Below, piece by piece: positions 13,953 to 37,069 of a stretch of DNA of 64,000 bases (within the stretch, counting starts at the first letter, position 1; the number at the start of each line of letters is the position of its first letter). The notes beneath the pieces were generated by a model. The model was not told the origin of the DNA. It searched no databases and saw only the letters and a program-made list of their open reading frames with translations. The DNA comes from Vicugna vicugna (taxonomy: Eukaryota). The position numbers and the translations under genes were made by a program. The stretch is taken from the NCBI GenBank assembly GCA_013265495.1, contig MU063444.1, positions 1,624,195 to 1,688,194 of the forward strand, in the 5' to 3' direction.

Positions 13953-14826
13953 TAAAGGAAATTTTGTTACTAGTAATATCTAGAGACCATAAGCCCTTAA
14001 ATTGGTCTCATTTGCAAATAGCTCCCTGCATGATTCAGTGTTTTCCTCAATATTACACAATAAAGCCAAAATGCAGACATAAATTAGTGCTAAGATTTAT
14101 ATATATGTGAATGATTTTTATATGGATCGAAGCATTCCAGTTAGTAATATTTATATTATAGCAATAAATCAGTGCTATTAATTTGAACTTTAAAAAATTT
14201 AACTTAAAAAGGTGCTTTTAATTTCCCTTACAAACTTTGATTTGAAAAGTAATTTTACTTATTAATAAAAAATCTGAAACCTACTCTTTTGATCCAGTCA
14301 CCACAGTCTGCTTTATGAAGGTATTTTAGATGGCACTGCATTATATCAGAAAATAAAACAGTAACAGTTGACCCCCTTTAATGAAAATTTGGTGTTTTTA
14401 AAATCCCATTGGACCTCTATTGTCCAAAGATCTATAAATTTTTCAATGAAAGAATTTAAAAAGGGAGAGGACTTTTGGAACTCAAGAAGTTGATTTTGAA
14501 TCGTTGTTTCTCCTTCCTGGCTTTCATTACTTGAGTGTTTATGCTTTCTTTGTCATCTTCAATAATTACGCCTTTTGACATCCTGTGTATCTACTGAAAA
14601 GAGGTGCTTGTTAAAGAGAAGTTTTCACATAGAAGTTCAGCAGCAATAGAGCTGTGGTTGAGGTGTCTGGAGACCATGAGGTCTGTGTTTCACTATATCA
14701 TATGGTAAAAGGATTTGGGACTTTTTGTGGATGTAGTCCATGACATTTGACAGGTATCCTTGTGACTTATGAGTATTAAAATCAAGCTATTTTAAAATCC
14801 TAATGACTTCTGATTGACTCTTTTAG

Positions 14827-14874
14827 GGTCTCTGAAATATACCATACAACAGTTTTGAAAATCCTGCGTGGACA

Positions 14875-14887
<13 letters not shown>
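14827..14887 (+). CDS. CTNNB1: CTNNB1 exon 2 (48 nt 5'UTR + ATG GCT ACC CAA G)
   Basis: ttttag acceptor, ATG at 14875, donor AAG|gtttgt; 61 nt. Confidence 0.97.
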
Positions 14888-26322
<11,435 letters not shown>

Positions 26323-26509
26323 NNNNNNNNNNNNNNAAGAAGTTTAAAAAGCCAGTTTGGGTAAAATACTTTTACTCTGCCTACAGAACTTCAGAAAGAC
26401 TTGGGTTGGTAGGGTGGGAGTGCTTTAGGCCTACTTGTAAATCTGCCACAAAAACAGATACATACTTTGAAAGGAGATGTCTTAGAACATTTGAATGTTC
26501 TCGGATTTC

Positions 26510-26873
26510 NNNNNNNNNNNNNNNNNNNNNNNNNNNNNNNNNNNNNNNNNNNNNNNNNNNNNNNNNNNNNNNNNNNNNNNNNNNNNNNNNNNNNNNNNNN
26601 NNNNNNNNNNNNNNNNNNNNNNNNNNNNNNNNNNNNNNNNNNNNNNNNNNNNNNNNNNNNNNNNNNNNNNNNNNNNNNNNNNNNNNNNNNNNNNNNNNNN
26701 NNNNNNNNNNNNNNNNNNNNNNNNNNNNNNNNNNNNNNNNNNNNNNNNNNNNNNNNNNNNNNNNNNNNNNNNNNNNNNNNNNNNNNNNNNNNNNNNNNNN
26801 NNNNNNNNNNNNNNNNNNNNNNNNNNNNNNNNNNNNNNNNNNNNNNNNNNNNNNNNNNNNNNNNNNNNNNNNN
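26510..26873. other. N block, 364 nt (3'UTR)
   Basis: Run of n. Confidence 1.
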
Positions 26874-27104
26874 TTTATCAAACTCTAGCCTTGCTTGTTA
26901 AAATTTTTTTTTTAATATCTGTAATGGTACTGACTTTGCTTGCTTTAAAGTAGCTCTTTCATTTTTTTTTTTGCAGTAACTGTTAGTTTTTTAAGTCTCT
27001 TGTAGTGTTAAGTTATAGTGAATACTGCTACAGCAATTTCTAATTTTTAAGAATTGAGTAATGGTGTAGAACACTAATTCATAATCACTCTAATTGTAAT
27101 CTGA

Positions 27105-27359
27105 NNNNNNNNNNNNNNNNNNNNNNNNNNNNNNNNNNNNNNNNNNNNNNNNNNNNNNNNNNNNNNNNNNNNNNNNNNNNNNNNNNNNNNNNNNNNNNNN
27201 NNNNNNNNNNNNNNNNNNNNNNNNNNNNNNNNNNNNNNNNNNNNNNNNNNNNNNNNNNNNNNNNNNNNNNNNNNNNNNNNNNNNNNNNNNNNNNNNNNNN
27301 NNNNNNNNNNNNNNNNNNNNNNNNNNNNNNNNNNNNNNNNNNNNNNNNNNNNNNNNNNN
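27105..27359. other. N block, 255 nt (3'UTR)
   Basis: Run of n. Confidence 1.
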
Positions 27360-27385
27360 AAATGCGGTTATAAAAATGGTTCAGA

Positions 27386-27391
27386 ATTAAA
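27386..27391 (+). terminator. ATTAAA poly(A) signal of CTNNB1 (distal)
   Basis: ATTAAA followed about 20 nt later by a U/GU-rich tract (ttgtgtcacctttttt). Confidence 0.75.
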
Positions 27392-28369
27392 CTTTTAATT
27401 CATTCGATTGTGTCACCTTTTTTCCCTGTCACTAGGTTGCTTGTGAGGGTGCTAAGTTATATAACTCAACTTCATCCTGAGGAAAGTTGTAATGATGGAA
27501 AGAATCTCACGGTTAGTAGATGAGACTGTCTGCCAAGTTTCTGTAGCATTTGGCCTTGGGTGAAACTGCACCAGAAGTGTTTTAGCGTTGAACATGGTCC
27601 TGAGCTGGTGTAAGAGAGTGTCCACCATCTCCAACCAAGGGACGCTGGGCTTAGAGCCTGTGGCCAAGTCACCTTCAGCCTGGCTGCAGTCATGTGTATA
27701 ATCTTGCCCAAAAGCCGCCTCAGTTCCAAGGCATCTTGGGCTACTTTAGAACAAAACTGAATGCCAGATAGGTATACCCCCCCCCAACCCTCAGCTCTGT
27801 CAGATGGGTTTCATTCCATTAAGGTAATAATGGAGAATTAAGTACCTGGATTTGGACTTCGAGCGCCTTCACAGACGTGTGACTCATTTGGAGCGGGGAA
27901 TTCCTTCAACTCCGCTTTGAACTGATAATTAAGATGGTTTAAGTGTCGATGTTTATCTGAACTAGAATGGGCCAGGTGATCCTGTCATCCTGGTGGTAGG
28001 TCTGACAAACTTAGTTCATCCCTCAGGGCCGAGCCAGCAGACCTGTTAGAACTTGTGTTTTGGTCTTTAAAAGGCACAACAGTGTTTTGTGCTCAGAGAG
28101 CTGTTTTTGACTTACTGTGTGTCTAAACATACATGCAGTTCCTTTTTGTTGGATGAGGACCTTTTGTGAAAACTTCGTAAGTTCTTCCTCGTGTCTAAAA
28201 TGTAACTGGGCTTGGAGAGGAGACGGTTGTGTGGCTGGTAAGGGGAATTCTGCTTCCACCACCTGCCAGACAGAACCAGAGCTGTTAGTAGGTTAGCAGA
28301 GAGAAGATCTCTAGTGAGTTCAGCTTTTAACATAACCACAGCAGGGTGTCGTATTTAAAGCACTTTTAA

Positions 28370-29060
28370 AACCAGAAAACATTTTCAGAGCTTGTCTAAA
28401 ATCATAATTTTGAAATTCCATTTAAAAACTTAATATGAAGGTTAATTCAGCAAGGTAGTTCTGCCATGTGCTTAGGAGGACGAAGCCCAAGAATAGCCAA
28501 GACACTTGAGCAGAGTCATACAGGAAGACTCATTCGACCAGCCCTCCAAGCGCAGCTGTAAAGCTTGAGCTAGTTAACACTCACTGACACGTGCGGGCAC
28601 AAGGACTAAGGTTACTGAGTAAGATGAAGACAGTAATCACTTCAGAGGTGGCACTGGAGGTCAGTGTGAAAGAGGGACTTTCTAGTGAAAGTGTGCAACA
28701 GTTAGCCATTTAGATAAAATTTAAAATAATGCAGGGGAAAAAAATCCATGACAACAGAATATCACAAATCCACCTCAGAAGTCCACATGTCCAATCACTG
28801 CTTTACTCATGAGAGAGCAGCCTCTCTGCAGTAAAAAAAGGTACAGGTTCAGCACAGTAGTATGGGACTGTCTCAAATATGATGCTGAACAAAAAGCTGG
28901 TCACAAATAAATGTCATAGGACTTCACTGATCTTCACTGGTACCAAAAAAGGGCAAACTTCTAAGGAAATCATCTACAAATGGTAAAACTAAAAAGCAAG
29001 GAAATCAGATTGCTACAAAAATCAGAATAGTGGTTACCTGGGGACAGAGGTGCACTGGAC
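28370..29060 (+). mobile_element. Ancient L1ME-like fragments
   Basis: cccaagaatagccaagacac...; atgctgaacaaaaagctgg...aatcagaatagtggttacctgggg. Confidence 0.55.
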
Positions 29061-31269
29061 ACTTGATCCCATCGCAGTGACCACCACTGAGCTGAAAAAA
29101 GCTTTTCCATGGTGGAGGAGACGTCCTAGACGTAAGGCTTTGATCTGGTTATTTCAGTCCTTGACAATGAAAGCTCTTAAGATAAATATGCTCTTTGATT
29201 CTTATTTTGATTAGAGGAATGAAAGCAGAAGATGTGAATTGTGCTGTTCGGTTTATAAAATGCAGAGAGCTGAGTCTCTCCACTGCAGCCCTTTTGTTCC
29301 AGTACGTGAGAATTTAACAGCCTGGCCTGGAGTGGACACATCAAATGGGACTACAACATAAGGCGGGGGGAGCTGAGAAGGTAGTGCGTCCCCTTTCTTA
29401 CCCACAGTGTCCTGTTGGTGTCCGCTGTGCCTCCCCACCCCCCTAGGGAGCTGGAAGGAAGCGACAGGCCACCTCGGCCACCTCGGCATCAAGTCTCTGA
29501 AAAGCCAGAGGCTGGGTTTAAAAGGCCATTCTTCCAGGTCACGTCACAACTCCACGTGGCCCTGGTCCTAGTTCTAGGCCAGGGCTTCTCAGCCCTTGAC
29601 GCTGAGAAAAGCTTGAGGCTGCTGGGGCCAAGACCTCCTCAAGGCTGGCAAGTCTTGTCCCCACCCTACTCCAGACCCCGCACCCCACTGCCAGGACCAA
29701 GTCCCTTGGGCTTTCGTAGCTTCTTACTTCCCCTTCCCTACCAGTTCCTTCCTGAGGCGCCCACCTCAGCTCCTGCATAGAGCTGTGCACACATCAGGGA
29801 GACTGACTCCTGCATTATCTTTCTGTTGTTGGAGGAGAGAGAAAACGGGGCATCTTGCCTCTTCCCAGTTCCTCTCCCATTACTCCCCTTAAACCAGTAC
29901 AAGAGCCCCCACTTCTGTGCCGTCCCAGCGGAGACGGCCTGCCCTGCACTCCTGGGACTGGCCCAAAGGCCTCGTGAGGTAACGGGAAACACGGAGGGCA
30001 GACGAGGCAAGCTGAGGACAATCCATTCCAATGCTGGCGTCCTACAGGGCTGCCTCCCTAGCTGCTAGATGACTGAGAGCTCTCAGGACACCTCCCAGGC
30101 CAGAGTCATCCCAAGCAGATCTTCACAGAGGGCCAGCTCGCTGGGCACCAACTCTTAGGCCGTAAGTTGAAGCAAGGCCTCCAAGCTCTGGGCCTGCTGT
30201 GACTGAGGGGGAGAAGGCAGCCTGGTGCAGCCACTGGCCCGGTCCTCCCCACGCAAGGCAGGCTCTTGCTGCCTCCTTTGCCCCTACCTCTGCGACAGCG
30301 GTGAAACCATTAGTCCCTGGAGGGGCTCAGCCAGGGGGTTGTAGCCAGTTCACAAACAGCTAAAGCTCAGAGGTGGGGGAGGGGGGTAGGTGCCTGGGTC
30401 TGGGCCTCTTGCCACTGTCAGAATCCTGAGAGCCCCGAGGGGTGGCCGGGGACCAGCTCTTCTCAGAACTGGAGCCTGCCTGGGAAGCCAGATACAAGGG
30501 TGTGAGCCTCAGGTCAGGCAGGGAAGGGTCACTGCCCTCAGCCTCTGTCTACTCAGCGATACCATTTGTGTCCCCGACCTCTGAGCTCTGTAGGGCTGGG
30601 GCTGCTGCTTCCATGAGGCACCTTTGTGAGAAGGACAGAAAGGACCCCCGAACTCCAGGAGGACGCAGCCTCACACCAGGGTACAGGCTTAGCTTGAGCA
30701 CCCGGTGCCCTGCGCTGAGCACCCTTGGTGGGGCAGTAGCCCTGCTTGGGACCATCCTCTCCTTGCCCCCTGCCTACTCCGATATGCCCTTCCTCAAAGA
30801 GGCAACAACGCTGCAGGACTCAGCCAGGCGTGGTCCACTCAGCACGCCTCTGGAATGTTAAAACTTTCCTGTTTCACCTTAAGCAGCACCGAGACTCCTC
30901 CCTGGTCAACTAAAAAGGGCAAAGCAAGAATTCCATTGCTCTGAAATACCTTCTGGGAGGACTGTAGGCCCAGGATGCTAGGGCGGTTCCCCCAAGGACT
31001 GAAAGAAAGGACAGAACAGGTTTCCTGGGCCCTAACCCTAACCCAGGCAAAGCAACTGGAGCTGAAGGCCAGGCCTCTGGCTGCTCCACTGCTGTCCCCC
31101 TGCGCAGGTGCGCAGGTACTCCAGCCCGGCTGGGGCCACCTGGGCACACTGCCCAGTGGGACTCGGCATGGGGCCTCCTCACCACGGGCAGTATTTGAGA
31201 GCCTGCTCCTGGGTGGCGCTCCCTCTTACGGCCCCAGCTACTCAGCTCAACTCTGGACATCCCACTAGG

Positions 31270-31420
31270 GGACACAGGCTGTGGAGTCACAGTCCTGAGC
31301 TCAACCCAACCATGGGGCCTTGGGCAAGTGGGCTGGCTCCTCCAAGCCTGTTTTCTCATCTGTGACACATAGCTAAGGAGGTCTGGGCTGTAGGCGGTGG
31401 GTTTAAATAAGGTAAGTGGC
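31270..31420 (+). mobile_element. MIR
   Basis: ggctgtggagtcacagtcctgagctca...ccttgggcaagt...tgttttctcatctgt. Confidence 0.65.
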
Positions 31421-32499
31421 ACACATACCTTTGACGGAGTGGGGCACGGAGCTGCTGTGTTCATTACAAAGCCGCACGGAAGCTGGCACACTACCCAGGT
31501 CACGATGGCACAGTGGGTCTGTTGGTGACAGTGTGAGCAGCTTCCCGAGATGCAGCAGGTGGGGCCCCCTGTGCCCGAGTGGCTCCCACTGCCGCCTGCC
31601 CTGCACTCTGCCTGCATAGGGGTCGCTGCCTGGGACGGAATCCCGTCCGGTCTGGGGCAGTGTGCGTGAGGGGCACACCCCCCAAGAAGCACAGGGCACT
31701 GCAGCTACTGATCCAGTCTAGCTCAGCTCTTGCATCTGCAGTTGAGGAAACTGAGGCCCCAGAGAGCAGTCTGGGCAGTGTTCTCAGTTTGCTCACCACG
31801 TTCGAGCTGTCCAGGGCCCATGCCTACCTTCCTCAGTACCGCAGTCCCAGCGCATTCTGCAGTGCCACCAAATATTTTCTTGGCCTTGACTCTTACCGTA
31901 GCAGATGCTAAGGGCATGTGTGTGCGAAACAAGCTGGAGAGGTTTCAAGGATAAGGGGGTAACTGGTCGAAGTTGGGATGAGTCCACCTTGATGCCGTTA
32001 GCCGGTCTAGACGGGCAGACCTTCAAGGAAGTCCGCATTCCTTGAGCGTTCTGCATTCCTTTAGGCAAACTTCTAACTACCTGTGCCTGTTAGTGGAGTC
32101 TTACCCAATTGTCCCCAAGATTCTTGGAATCAGTTCTTCCCTGAAATGAAGAAAAGGCAGGCAGGTAAAGGTGGGAGGAAGACAAGAGGCTAAGACTAGC
32201 TTCCAAAGGCTTGCTCGGGAGCTGTGGCTGGAGGAGTCCTGTGTATCACGTCTTCTCTGCAGGAGAAAGATGCTTAGAGATGCTGGCAGGCTGAGGACTG
32301 CGGCTTCTCCCCCACTTTGATCAGCACAGGCAGTGCAGGCTTTAGCAGAGGCCCACACAGAGAAAGCATTGAGCACAGCTAGCAAACCTGGGGTTCCCAG
32401 ATGCATCCCACAGGAACCGACAGGGTGCATTCTGAGTGGATTTTCTAGGGCCCGGAGGGAGTGAGAGCACCTTAGCCAGAGGTTCTGGGTTCAGATGAC

Positions 32500-32505
32500 T
32501 TTATT
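32500..32505 (-). terminator. AATAAA poly(A) signal of ULK4
   Basis: tttatt on +, about 80 nt past the ULK4 stop. Confidence 0.7.
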
Positions 32506-32583
32506 AGATCCAAACAGAGCTGCCGGTGGCCATGTGGTGAATGTGTACAGCCGAGGGTGGGCTTGTGCCAAGGGCCTTCTTGC

Positions 32584-32647
32584 CTACTGTCCAGCTGCTT
32601 GGAGGATTTCCAGGGCCAAGGAAGCCACTGCACTGTTGGCTGATGAA
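32584..32647 (-). CDS. ULK4: ULK4 last coding exon
   Basis: Minus strand tttctgttttgttttctcacag|T TCA TCA GCC...GGA CAG TAG; (G)SSANSAVASLALEILQAAGQ*; phase 2 matches the upstream exon. Confidence 0.93.
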
Positions 32648-35273
32648 CTGTGAGAAAACAAAACAGAAACACGTAGGCAACTCCAGGGTAAAATGCCCCG
32701 TTTTCCAAAGAGACTGGCCTCTTCTGTGCCCCAGTATCTGATGGAACAGATGCTTCCCAGAGCTGCCCTGGGCATCCTTTTGAGAAGCAGAAACAGGATT
32801 CCCAGGCTCTGCCCACAGTCCTAATGGGGCTCAGAACGGGCTCTTCCAGACCCCCCAAGCTCCGCTCAAGCTCTTGGCCCTGCCACCACTCGACGTCTGG
32901 CCCACCTGGGCCAGATGCACCGAGGCTGTGCTGTGAGGGCATCAGGCAGACAGCACTTAGAGCCTGCAGGCCCTGCCCAGCGCCTGTCTGCAGCTGACCT
33001 GTGCCAACCAGCAAAGGTCCCAGCCAGGGACTCTCCTGCTCCATGTTACCCCTTCCTGATGAATCAACCAGGGGCCTTGGGTTTCTTATTCTCATAGGGG
33101 TGGATGTGCAATTAAGAGCTTCAAATGGAAATGCTGTTACTGGAACAAATTGTTTGAGACACACTTAAACCTGAGCCTTAACAACTGTTACCAAAGGGAA
33201 GAGTGGCACGTAGCAGTGTGCCTTGAAGTGTAAAATTAGCTGGTGGCACACTCGACTCCAAATAGAGCTGTCACCAAATAACTGGGGGTCAGGGGACTGC
33301 AAGCAGAGGTGGGTGTCAAGAACGGGGCTGCAGTCAGAGACGGTACTGCACATCCCTGCTTCGCACATCGAAGGCCCTGAGGGATGTGGGATTGCATTTC
33401 AACTCAGCCTGCTCCCTGCTGGGGCCAGGTTAGCCTGGTGGGGCCACCCCACCTTCCAGAGCAGCCCTGGGGACCCAGCGACCTGCAAGGAGGGCACACC
33501 AATCTGGCAAGTCCCCGTCGTAACCCAGAATGCTGCCATCCACTCTCGGTCGACATACAAAAACCCTTTCCTGCTTGGGCCACTGAACAAAGCCCAGATG
33601 AGAGAGCTTCTGAGCAGCAACCTGACGCCAGTGCAAGATCTGCCCGGTGTAGGTAGACATGTCAGTGGCTGGGGTGTGACGTATGGGGACAGGAGAGGCC
33701 ACCAGCTTCAGGAAGCCCTGTTGTGACACATCTGGTCCACATTTGGGTCCAGCTCTCCCAGATCCATGTGGCATGAGAATGTGCTGGCTTTGGCCCTGCC
33801 AGGGGAGACGGCCTACAGAGGCAGACCCTGGAGAGGAAGGGTCCTACCCACTCCACTCCTCCCAGTGGCTCTCCCATCCCTTCCCAGCACGAATCTGCTC
33901 AGAGGGGCTTCATCTCAGCTGTTCGCACAAGGCCAAACAGAGCTGGCCCCCAGGGGTGGGCATCACCTGCTCCTCACAAACTAGTCTGGCACAGGCCTAC
34001 AGCCCAGCCCGGGGGCCACTGTCCACACCTTATGCCCCAGGGGCCACCGGGGTGAGGAGGGGTCCTTCCCATCGAAGCCCGTCCTTCCCCTCACCTCACA
34101 GTAGCCACAGGTCACAGCCTACTTCTTTGGCTTGAGCGAAAGCAGATCGCGGGTGGGGGAGGCTGTCCCCCTCCCCCACCCAATCCAGGCAAAAGGCTGG
34201 CTGGAGCTGAGCCTTCTCCACAGACTCACCTCAACCACCTGTTTTTCTTCCATTAATACAAAACCCAAAATGCCAGGAAGCAGGTTTCGTAGAACCCTGT
34301 GGTTCTGAAAACAGATGCTACCGGGCAGCATTCCTTGCCCTGCACGCCCAGTGAAGGCTGGGCAGGTCCTCCTCCCCAGGGCGGGGAGAGCAGCTGGGGC
34401 TCGGGACTGTGGCCACCACCTCCTCCTGCCGCCCCGCTCAGCTCTGGGGAGGAGGCACCCACTGGGTCTCCATCAAGCCTCCACCACCTGCCAGGCTCTG
34501 GCCCTGTCCCCTGCAGAGTCATTCTACAGCACCAGGTGACTGAAGGGTGGACACCTGGGGCAGTTTTTCTTTGGTCACTTGGCACTAACATTTTAAATAA
34601 AGACTCATCAGCCCTACCTCCACCCCCTGCCCACCTCTCCAGTTCAGGGAGTCGAGGGTGGGGGGGTGTGGTCGTGGGAGGGACCCTCCCAGCGGCTCTC
34701 AGCACACTGGCATCAGCATCACCGTGGGGCTGACACGCCCGCTCCTGGATGACAGGGCTGTCCTTGTCACCTCACTCCTAGGATGTTCTAGATGTACTGA
34801 CTGCAGGCTGAGGACTGAGAGGCCGACCTAACCTCACATAGTCAGCTTCTCAGTGTCACACAGTCTGTTGTGTAGATTCAAGTTTTCTGGGGCTTAGAGC
34901 GGGCTGAGCTCTAAGTGGTGACAATGGTGCCTCCGGCCCGGGTTGCTGATGGGGACACCTGTACACAGAAGGGGTACTGCTTTTCTTGACGTTCATCACA
35001 TCTCCCACCTGGTCACAGTGCACTCCTGTCCCCATCCCTACGCCCTATGGCTGGGAATGCTGCCTCCCCTGCAGGGCTAGGATAATCTGCTTTTCTCGCT
35101 CCCATGACCCCCAGCCTGCACGGGGGAGTCCCGGGGGGAAGGACAGGCTGGGAGGGGTCTCCGTGGGCCATGACAGGATGGAAGGTGGTGGACCCTGGTG
35201 TGTAGGAGAAATGGGGGGAGAGTCCGCTGAGTGCACCCTGTACCGCTTCCCCGGCCCTCTGGGGCCTACTCAC

Positions 35274-35359
35274 CCGCCGGCTGGGGCCAGCCTCTCCAGA
35301 GCCTGCAGGAGGCTGCCCGCATTCTTGAGGCTCTCCAGGTGCTTCTTGTTGGAGGTGAT
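35274..35359 (-). CDS. ULK4: ULK4 penultimate exon
   Basis: Minus strand ttcttttccctcccttgcag|ATC ACC TCC AAC AAG AAG CAC CTG...GCC GGC GG|gtgagt; ITSNKKHLESLKNAGSLLQALERLAPAG; 86 nt. Matches the ULK4 C-terminus and the known CTNNB1-ULK4 convergent synteny. Confidence 0.93.
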
Positions 35360-37069
35360 CTGCAAGGGAGGGAAAAGAAAGTGGTCGGCTGGCCCATCCC
35401 TGACTCAGGATCCACTGGACAGACATCCTGAGTCTCAGGCCACCTGTGTTACTAGACACCGAGCCCTGAGCCTCATGGAGATAGGCAGACATTGGTGACC
35501 CCGGGGGTGGGCAGCAGGGAGTCCGCTGCAGCTGGAGGCGTGCCAGGTCAGGATGGGGTACCTGTCGGTGCCTCAGGAGGGTTGTGTTTTGGAAGCCTGA
35601 ACATTCCTGTTAAAGCAAATCATAGGGGAACAACCTTTCTGGTTGTGAATTCTGGGACCCAGGGGGCCCTTGTGTCCCAAACCCCACAGCACCTCTCATC
35701 TGGGTTCCTGGTAATCTTGGGAGCCTGGGAGAAGGAAGAGGCACTAACAGCCACAGCGAGGCACAGCCCCTGCCCAGGGGCCCCCAGAAGGGTATCCTTG
35801 CTCACTGCTGCAGTCCTGGGGGAAACAGAGGAGAGAACACTGGGGCATCCTTGACTCTGCGGCACCATATGCAGAATCATAAACTCTGGGGCTGGAAGGG
35901 ACTCAGACAGGTGCTAGCCCAGCGCAGGCTTCCGGAGACCTCCGAACTCAGCCCCCCTATAAAACAAGTCCATGTCCTGTGAGGCACGGAAGAGAAGGCT
36001 TTAGAAATGAACCTTAACTCAAGAATTAGACTTGCTTCTCTTAATTCACCATTCATTTCCTATTTTTATCTTTGACTGTTATTTTAAAAAAGTAGTTTTT
36101 AATAAACATTCACATGGCTCTGTACATTTTCTCACTTTTCGGTAGCCTCACCTCGCAAGGTAAGCACGTAGCGTGTTTTAGAGATGAGGTGGTCAGGGCT
36201 CAGTGAGATGGAGGGGCCACTACAGCAGTGCACAGGGAGCCTGACCCTAACCCCACATCAAACTGGGGCCAGGCTGGCCTCAGCCACCTCCACCTGATCA
36301 CAACAACAGGGCTGGATGAGCATCTCCCCAGTTCTCAAGGAGAGGTTGAGCATTTCTTAACCAGTCACTCACGGAGACAGGAAGGTCACAGGCATAATCA
36401 GACCATTACCCCTGGACTCTGAATTACATGTGAGCGAATCGGCACCTCCACTGAGATCCTCTCCCACCCGCTGAGTGTGCCAGAGACCAGCCGCCAACTC
36501 AAATGCATCAGGTGGAATTTCTGCAAAGTTTGTATCTTAAAAGAGCAGCAGGTAGACTTAGTCTGAAGTTATACCCAACCTGCTGAGTTCAATAGGCTGT
36601 TGTCTGAAAACGTCAGCTCTAGTTCAGTTGTCTGAAGCAAGCACAGACTTACACTGAAAGGGTCTTCAGTGAGGATTCCCATCTAGTTTTTCTCAAAACT
36701 CTGCCTCCTACAGCTTAGTTGAGCTACATCCGGATTTGCCGCCCTGACCAGCCCCACCACGGGCCTGTGTGTAAGAGGCTGTGCTCCAAGGAAGCCACCC
36801 CACAAGCTGCAAAGAAATAACAAAACTACATTCCCTCACATGCTGGCTGGAAGGTGCAAATAGAAAAATACAGTGAAGATTATGCGATCAAAGAGACCAA
36901 AATAGCATGTGCAGCTGACATAACCGAGAGCATAAACACAGTCCAAAGAATTAATTGAAAACTGTGCTATCTGGCCACTTAATTGAGCTCTTATTAACAA
37001 CATCAACTGCTGTTCTGTCTATAGAGATGAGTTAATAAGAACATTAAAATTTTAAGTAATATCAATCAG

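Larger units (their letters stand above)
26323..27410 (+). other. CTNNB1: CTNNB1 3'UTR (largely N)
   Basis: Visible segments (aagaagtttaaaaagccagtttgggtaaaatac..., tttatcaaactctagccttgcttg..., aaatgcggttataaaaatggttcagaattaaac) match the mammalian CTNNB1 3'UTR as I recall it. Confidence 0.85.

Noticed and set aside
26367-26386. Acceptor-like tacttttactctgcctacag in the 3'UTR
   Set aside because: Only about 52 nt from the 26335 donor, too short for a normal intron
29253-35880. Many overlapping 60-260 aa ORFs, including 30910-31692 (260 aa) and 32472-33164 (230 aa)
   Set aside because: Pro/Gly/Ala/Ser-rich with no recognisable domain, present in all frames of GC-rich DNA where stops are rare. 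Only the two ULK4 exon segments have splice signals and homology.
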